A DNA stretch of 59,139 nt, the filler included, from Candidatus Woesearchaeota archaeon CG1_02_57_44 (GTDB taxonomy: Archaea > Nanobdellota > Nanobdellia > Woesearchaeales > CG1-02-57-44), in NCBI GenBank assembly GCA_001871415.1. It is 4 parts of 4 records of this genome, joined end to end, with 100 filler letters (N's around TTAATTAATTAA, not from the genome) between each part and the next. Parts side by side here need not be neighbours in the genome. Positions count along the whole stretch, not along the records: positions 46,479 to 59,139 come from MNWW01000031.1; 3 more parts are not named here. One strand, given 5' to 3'. Shown piece by piece: positions 53,381 through 59,139 of this stretch; the first letter of the stretch is position 1; each line of letters starts with the position of its first letter. The position numbers and the translations under genes were made by a program. The notes below the pieces were generated by a model that was given only the letters and a program-made list of their open reading frames with translations, was not told the DNA's origin and searched no databases.

Positions 53381-53566
53381 GTAGCATCTATGTAGTGCAT
53401 GGCAAAACCGCAGGGGATATAAAAAGCTTGCCCAGGCAGTGGTCCTGCACACCCAGCGGCCGGGACAACCAATAGCCGGGAACTTGACCCGATCACAGCA
53501 CACCGCACAGGAGCGCCCGGCACCCGGCAACCAGCGTCATTTCTAAAGAGCAGGTGGCATTCCCGA

Positions 53567-54844
53567 CTATGCGAAGCGGGTGCACCGATTGCCCTGCAGC
53601 CTTACATTCCGCCGCCAGGACGCATCCTGTTCAGGCAACGCAAGCACGCGGAAGGATGCGAGAGGAATGCGGGAGAGCGCAGGATAGTCCTCCGCAGGGA
53701 ACATACCATCGTATGGGTCACCCTCAAAGCTCTTTGGATCGACCGCGTACAAAGAGACACCGTACTCGCCTGCGTTGTCGACGAGATACATGCCATATTC
53801 CTGCAATGCCCGGGCGATGGTCCTTTCCGCAGGCGTCAGGTTCAGCGTGTCAAGGTCCAGAGCAGGATCCAGCTGCACATGCGCGCCCTCGGGCAGCGCG
53901 AAATCCGCCTTGCTCTCGCCATCGCTCTCTGTGGCCGGCGGCACCGGCCCACTGCTTCGCGTGAACGGATAGCTGAACACAAGGGCGTGCGCGATGCGTC
54001 CCCGCGCAAGCTCAGCCGGCCAGATCAGGCCCGAGCTGAAAGCGATCCCCGAACCCCGTGTCGATAAGCCGGTCGGATAGATGCCGCTGCCGCCCAAGGG
54101 CAGGGCGTTCCCCCATGAAGCCACCCAGGAGCCATCGACCTTACGCATCTGCCAGAAATCATACTCGCATCCTGCGTCAAGGTCCAATATGACCATATGA
54201 TTGTCCTTTACCGACGCTTCGCCGCACCCGACCGGATCAGGCCCACCAGGATCGTCCTCAGATGGCGCTGCCCCTTCCGGGAGCGGGACCCCCTCCAGCG
54301 CCTGCACTCCCAGCTGCCATGCCGGACCGCAGGAGAGCATCACGCGCTGGCGGGGCGAGTCAGGCGACGCGAAATACACCGGCGATGTGTACTGTCGCAG
54401 CAGGAGCAGGATAGACCCATCATCCCCCGCAGCGTCGATGATCCCCTGCACGTACGCGGCGGTCCTTGAATCCACCGATGCGCCGACAGCTACCGGCGTG
54501 ACCAGCGGGCTGTCGGCGGCAAGAAGACCATCAGGCAGGAATGATGCAGGATCCACAGCACCAGCCATGCCTGGAGGCACTCCTTCGGGATAGGTCAGCT
54601 CGTCATAGGGGCATGGCCTGAATTCCTCACGAAGGGCGCATGAGCCGTTCTCGCAGACAGAGACATTGCGCGACAAGAATCCATCGCTGCATCCTGACCA
54701 AGCTTCTGGCGAAGGACAGTCGCACGCACCCCCAAGAGGGACCTGGCCACGGGGATGCGCATCGCCTACCCCCTCAAGGACTGCGCACGACGCGAGGAGC
54801 AAGGACGCGCAGAGCGAGAGAGCCACGAGCACGAGGGATCGCAT
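53567..54844 (-). CDS. Secreted lipoprotein-like protein with Cys-rich module and uncharacterised catalytic-like domain
   Basis: LLLASC lipobox-like; WSGC..G..SR...C module; DNHM, EYDFWQ, G.I.HAL, ALQEYGMYLVDN.G. Confidence 0.7.
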   Translation of the reverse strand: MRSLVLVALSLCASLLLASCAVLEGVGDAHPRGQVPLGGACDCPSPEAWSGCSDGFLSRNVSVCENGSCALREEFRPCPYDELTYPEGVPPGMAGAVDPASFLPDGLLAADSPLVTPVAVGASVDSRTAAYVQGIIDAAGDDGSILLLLRQYTSPVYFASPDSPRQRVMLSCGPAWQLGVQALEGVPLPEGAAPSEDDPGGPDPVGCGEASVKDNHMVILDLDAGCEYDFWQMRKVDGSWVASWGNALPLGGSGIYPTGLSTRGSGIAFSSGLIWPAELARGRIAHALVFSYPFTRSSGPVPPATESDGESKADFALPEGAHVQLDPALDLDTLNLTPAERTIARALQEYGMYLVDNAGEYGVSLYAVDPKSFEGDPYDGMFPAEDYPALSRIPLASFRVLALPEQDASWRRNVRLQGNRCTRFA

Positions 54845-54969
54845 AGCATCTTGGCATGCGGACGAGTATAAAATGATTGCGCAATGCACCATCACACAGC
54901 AGCATGGGACAGGGAAGATAGTCCAGACCCCCACAAAATATTAAAACATTGTTTGCTTTACCGAAGAGC

Positions 54970-57900
54970 ATGGGTCATCACACAACCGCCGCACTTGCCG
55001 TGTCGCTGCTCATCCTGGTCATCGTCCCCTACGCATTCGCGCTCACGCTCCCCCCTCACCCTGACATCCATCTCTCAGGCGAGGGCAGACAGACCTTTGG
55101 GCCCTATGATATCGCAGAGGGCACGCTCGAGTTTCACATACAGCATACCACGCAGAAAATCAATGCCTACATGGCCGTCTCGCTCGAGACAGACAGCGAC
55201 CTGGACGGTGAATTCTGCGACAGCTCGGACCAGGGATGCTTCAACGTCTGGCATGGCGCCTATGAGACGCTCAACAACCTGGACATATACACCAACTACT
55301 CCTCGTTCCTCATGGGCGGCAAGGCCCGCATCGTCGTAGAGGCGCCCGGTGCATACCAGATAGATGTGAGGCAGTATCCGTGGCCCCGACACGCCATCAA
55401 CGGAGTTGTGCAGGAGGTCCTTGTCAAGGAGGGCAGAGCATACCCTGATATCATCACCTTCTCGGGCAACGCCAATGTCACAATCACGGACGGGTTTGGA
55501 AACACGCAGTCGCAGATCACCAACTATGTCGGCGACTACAGCTTCACCGTCTTCGGCTACACCAACTACACGCTGACCGCATCGTCGCCAGGGCACCGCT
55601 CCCGCAGCACCAGGGTGGACGGCCAGAATTTCATCGTCGGAGGAAGAAATCCCGGATGGGCGCTCGACGTCGGGTTCACGCTCCCCGCGGGCGGCGCAGG
55701 CGCAAGCCTGTATTGCGCGGTCAAGGACAAGGAGACCGGCAGGGCCGTCGCAGGGGCCTTGGTCAATATCATAGACAAAGAGGGCAATGCCGTGTCGCAC
55801 ACCACCACGGACCAGGACGGCCGCTGCGCATTCACGGGCCTTGAGGAGCAGACCTACACGCTCATCGCGAGCGCTGGCGGGTACGCGACATCAAGCGCGC
55901 AAGGCACCGCCTCGTCGGGCAGCAGCGTGGAGCAGGTTTGGCTCGCGCTGCCCCCCGCCAGCCAGGCGACGGACCTCTCGCTTGTATTCGACACCGCATC
56001 TATCGTCATCAGCACGAACAGCAGCGATGCGCTGACAGTGACCGTGCGCAACAAGAAGCAGGCGGGATCGCTCGCCACTGCCTTCCGCCTGGAGCATCCT
56101 GGGCTCCGGGTCCAGATGCCTTCGTCCTGTAGTCGCAAAGGAACAGAAGAGGCCATCGGCTGTAAGGTCCCCGCGTTGCCAGGTGGCGGACAGGCGACCT
56201 ATTCCTTCACGGTCAGCGGACCTCAGGCAGGCACGTTCGGCATCGATGCATTCGTCGCCAGCGACGGAGACGAGCATCCCGACGACAATGAGGCAGGAGC
56301 AACGGTCAGTGTCAGCGACACCCTGCTCTGGGGCAAGGTCTTCACGCTCGACGAGAAGAACCAGCCTGTCTTCCTTGCGCGCGTGAAGGTGACCGCAAAG
56401 ACGGGCACGGAGGAGAAGATTGCGTACACGGACGAATCCGGCATCTATCGCATCGGCGGGATCGGCACGCAGCCATACATCCTGCGCGTCGCGCTCACCG
56501 ACAAGCAGGGCATCGTAGCCATCCACAGCAAAAAGGGCTTCGGAGGATCAGTGGCATCCCTGCAGACCAAGGAGCGCACGCCGACGCCCGGCACCATGCG
56601 CCAGGATATCGCCTTCCTGCCCAGCAGCGCAGACTGGTCACCGGCCATCACCGCTGATCAGCGCGCCGTGCTGCGCGACGCCGCGGTATACTATTATCAC
56701 ACCATGGAGGCGGTCCGCTTCGCGCAGAAGTCGCTGGGCCTCACCTTCAACCACCTGCTGCCCGTGGACATCATGCTCTACGACGACCAGTGCGGCGCCT
56801 GCTACTCCAAGGCGGACAGCAGCATCAGCGTCGCGGCGACCAAGGACAGGTCCAGCATCCGCTCCCGCGACATGCCCGACAACAGGGACTACCATGAATT
56901 CGGGCATCATGTGCAGGCCGACTCCCTCATCGGAGGAGAGAATATCTATCCGGACAGGCTGCCAGGCGATGTCAACCACATGGGCGTGGAGAATTCTGAT
57001 TCGCGCGACTCATTCATCGAGGGATTCGCTGAGTTCTTCTCGCTCATGGTGAAGCAGAGCCACCTTTACCGCTGGGCAGGCATGCTCACCAACCTGGAGG
57101 GCAACAACCATGTGACCGTGCAGGGCGGCGTGAAGATGCCTGACGAGGAGTTCCAGGTCGCGTCGCTGCTCTGGGACCTTGTCGATTCGCAGAACGAGCC
57201 GGGGGACCTCTTCAGCCTCGGCGAGAAGAGGACCTTCGAGCTCATCAGCACGCCTGACGTGGTCACGGTGCACTCGCTCTACCTTGTGCTCAACAAGACA
57301 CTCGGCGCGCAAGACAGCACGCCCAATGACTCTGTCAGTGACCTGGATGAGCTCTTCATCATCCATGGCTTCTACTATGACGCCAACCAGAACCATACCT
57401 ACCAGCGAGGCGAGCCGCCGGGATACGCGGACAGCTTCGCTGCATCGCAGCACGGGAAGCGGTCCGAACGCGAGCCGGCGCCCGGCACAGCGCTCCAGGT
57501 GAGCGTCGCGGACATTCCCCCCGGCCAAGATGTCCCGGTCCGCGTCGAGGTCATCTACGATGGTGTGCGCGAAGGCCTGTCCTACGCGTATAACGACCTC
57601 ACCCGCGGCGGCACCATCTACCTCATGCCCCCCGGGGATGCCCGGGAGATACGTGTCACGCCCATCATCCCGGGCAGGCGCGTGCAGACCTACGCCATCA
57701 CGGCCGATCAATTCTACACGCGCGTCGCGGCGGCCCAGGAGGTCGGGAGCGACAGCTTCGACTCCCACGCGTTCACGGTGTCCGAGGACGGTCCCGCCGC
57801 CCCTGAGCCGTTCACGGCCCTCTGGCAGGATGACGAGCACGTCCGCCTCCGCTGGAAGGCCGGAGGCGACGTCGCGGTTGTCAAAGCTTACGACGGCTTC

Positions 57901-58176
57901 CCCGCGAGCCCCGACGAGGGAATCGTGGTCTTTGACGGCGACGCCCGCGGTGCCATGGTCGAAGAGCTGTCAGCAGGCGAGCTGCCGGTCTACTACAGCG
58001 CTTTCACGCGCGACGGCACGGCGTATTCTCTGCCAGCGCACGCGCAGCCCGCACTGGCGCAGCAGCCAGGCCAGCCGGGATGGATGCGCTGGGTCCTGCC
58101 GCTCCTCGCACTCCTGCTCGTGGTCAGCATCGTGCGTCGCCGCCGGGCCAGCCATCGCGAGCAGAGAGGACATTGA
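54970..58176 (+). CDS. Large surface-anchored gluzincin-like metalloprotease with Ig-like/carboxypeptidase-regulatory-like repeats
   Basis: Signal peptide; TTDQDG/TDESGIY repeats; DUF11-like D...DDNEA; YHEFGHH ... EGFAEF; C-terminal QPGQPG, TM helix, RRRR. Confidence 0.8.
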   Translation: MGHHTTAALAVSLLILVIVPYAFALTLPPHPDIHLSGEGRQTFGPYDIAEGTLEFHIQHTTQKINAYMAVSLETDSDLDGEFCDSSDQGCFNVWHGAYETLNNLDIYTNYSSFLMGGKARIVVEAPGAYQIDVRQYPWPRHAINGVVQEVLVKEGRAYPDIITFSGNANVTITDGFGNTQSQITNYVGDYSFTVFGYTNYTLTASSPGHRSRSTRVDGQNFIVGGRNPGWALDVGFTLPAGGAGASLYCAVKDKETGRAVAGALVNIIDKEGNAVSHTTTDQDGRCAFTGLEEQTYTLIASAGGYATSSAQGTASSGSSVEQVWLALPPASQATDLSLVFDTASIVISTNSSDALTVTVRNKKQAGSLATAFRLEHPGLRVQMPSSCSRKGTEEAIGCKVPALPGGGQATYSFTVSGPQAGTFGIDAFVASDGDEHPDDNEAGATVSVSDTLLWGKVFTLDEKNQPVFLARVKVTAKTGTEEKIAYTDESGIYRIGGIGTQPYILRVALTDKQGIVAIHSKKGFGGSVASLQTKERTPTPGTMRQDIAFLPSSADWSPAITADQRAVLRDAAVYYYHTMEAVRFAQKSLGLTFNHLLPVDIMLYDDQCGACYSKADSSISVAATKDRSSIRSRDMPDNRDYHEFGHHVQADSLIGGENIYPDRLPGDVNHMGVENSDSRDSFIEGFAEFFSLMVKQSHLYRWAGMLTNLEGNNHVTVQGGVKMPDEEFQVASLLWDLVDSQNEPGDLFSLGEKRTFELISTPDVVTVHSLYLVLNKTLGAQDSTPNDSVSDLDELFIIHGFYYDANQNHTYQRGEPPGYADSFAASQHGKRSEREPAPGTALQVSVADIPPGQDVPVRVEVIYDGVREGLSYAYNDLTRGGTIYLMPPGDAREIRVTPIIPGRRVQTYAITADQFYTRVAAAQEVGSDSFDSHAFTVSEDGPAAPEPFTALWQDDEHVRLRWKAGGDVAVVKAYDGFPASPDEGIVVFDGDARGAMVEELSAGELPVYYSAFTRDGTAYSLPAHAQPALAQQPGQPGWMRWVLPLLALLLVVSIVRRRRASHREQRGH

Positions 58177-58182
58177 GGACAT

Positions 58183-58279
58183 AGCACGAAAGACATTGAA
58201 GAATCAGCACGAAAGACATTGAAGAATCAGCACGAAAGACATTGAAGAATCAGCACNNNNNNNNNATCAGCACGAAAGA
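58183..58279. repeat. 23-bp intergenic tandem repeat AGCACGAAAGACATTGAAGAATC (at least 3 copies, contains a 9-N gap)
   Basis: Exact copies at 58183, 58206 and 58229; partial copies flank Ns at 58257-58265. Confidence 0.9.
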
Positions 58280-58374
58280 GATTGGGGACTCGTCAATGCG
58301 CGGGTGCAGGCCTGCGGGACGATCCGGAATCCCTTGCCTGGGCATTGCTGGCCCCCGAGGCCCTTCACAGCAAG

Positions 58375-59139
<765 letters not shown>

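Noticed and set aside
53370..53385. 16-bp perfect palindrome GCTACGGCGCCGTAGC across the tRNA-Met 5' end
   Set aside because: Largely produced by the tRNA's own GGCGCC start plus five leader bases; plausibly chance.
58183..58279. Possible CRISPR array
   Set aside because: The 23-bp units are contiguous with no spacers, and there are no cas genes.

Overview
Genomic DNA of a small-genome archaeon, most likely DPANN/Woesearchaeota-like. It carries archaeal uS2, eS17, Alba, Cbf5, aCPSF1, proteasome beta, Rad50, an archaellin and an intron-containing tRNA-Met, together with bacterial-type GyrB, RadC, Psd and CcdA. The taxonomy is inferred from gene content only. The window is not contiguous. Three 100-nt N44-TTAATTAATTAA-N44 linkers (13201, 26330, 46379) join at least four contigs, so gene neighbourhoods across them mean nothing. 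Main points of interest: (1) a translationally coupled operon of an E2-like protein with 57-aa repeats, a JAB/JAMM peptidase and a tandem-ThiF E1-like enzyme (42205-46378), a candidate ubiquitin-like conjugation system cut off upstream by a gap; (2) a dense cluster of about 12 class III signal peptide (pilin-like) genes at 0.26-6.1 kb, including four tandem small pilins with a beta-defensin-like cysteine pattern, two paralogues with Gly/Ala-rich putative membrane-inserting loops, and two micro-ORFs missed by the ORF track; (3) two secreted proteins resembling Gram-negative outer-membrane beta-barrels; (4) a Whirly-like protein, a ceramide-synthase-like GNAT beside psd, a histone-H1-like protein coupled to rad50, IS200/IS605-like hairpins, and an AT-rich island next to tRNA-Glu. 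All family calls come from motif recognition by eye; no searches were run.
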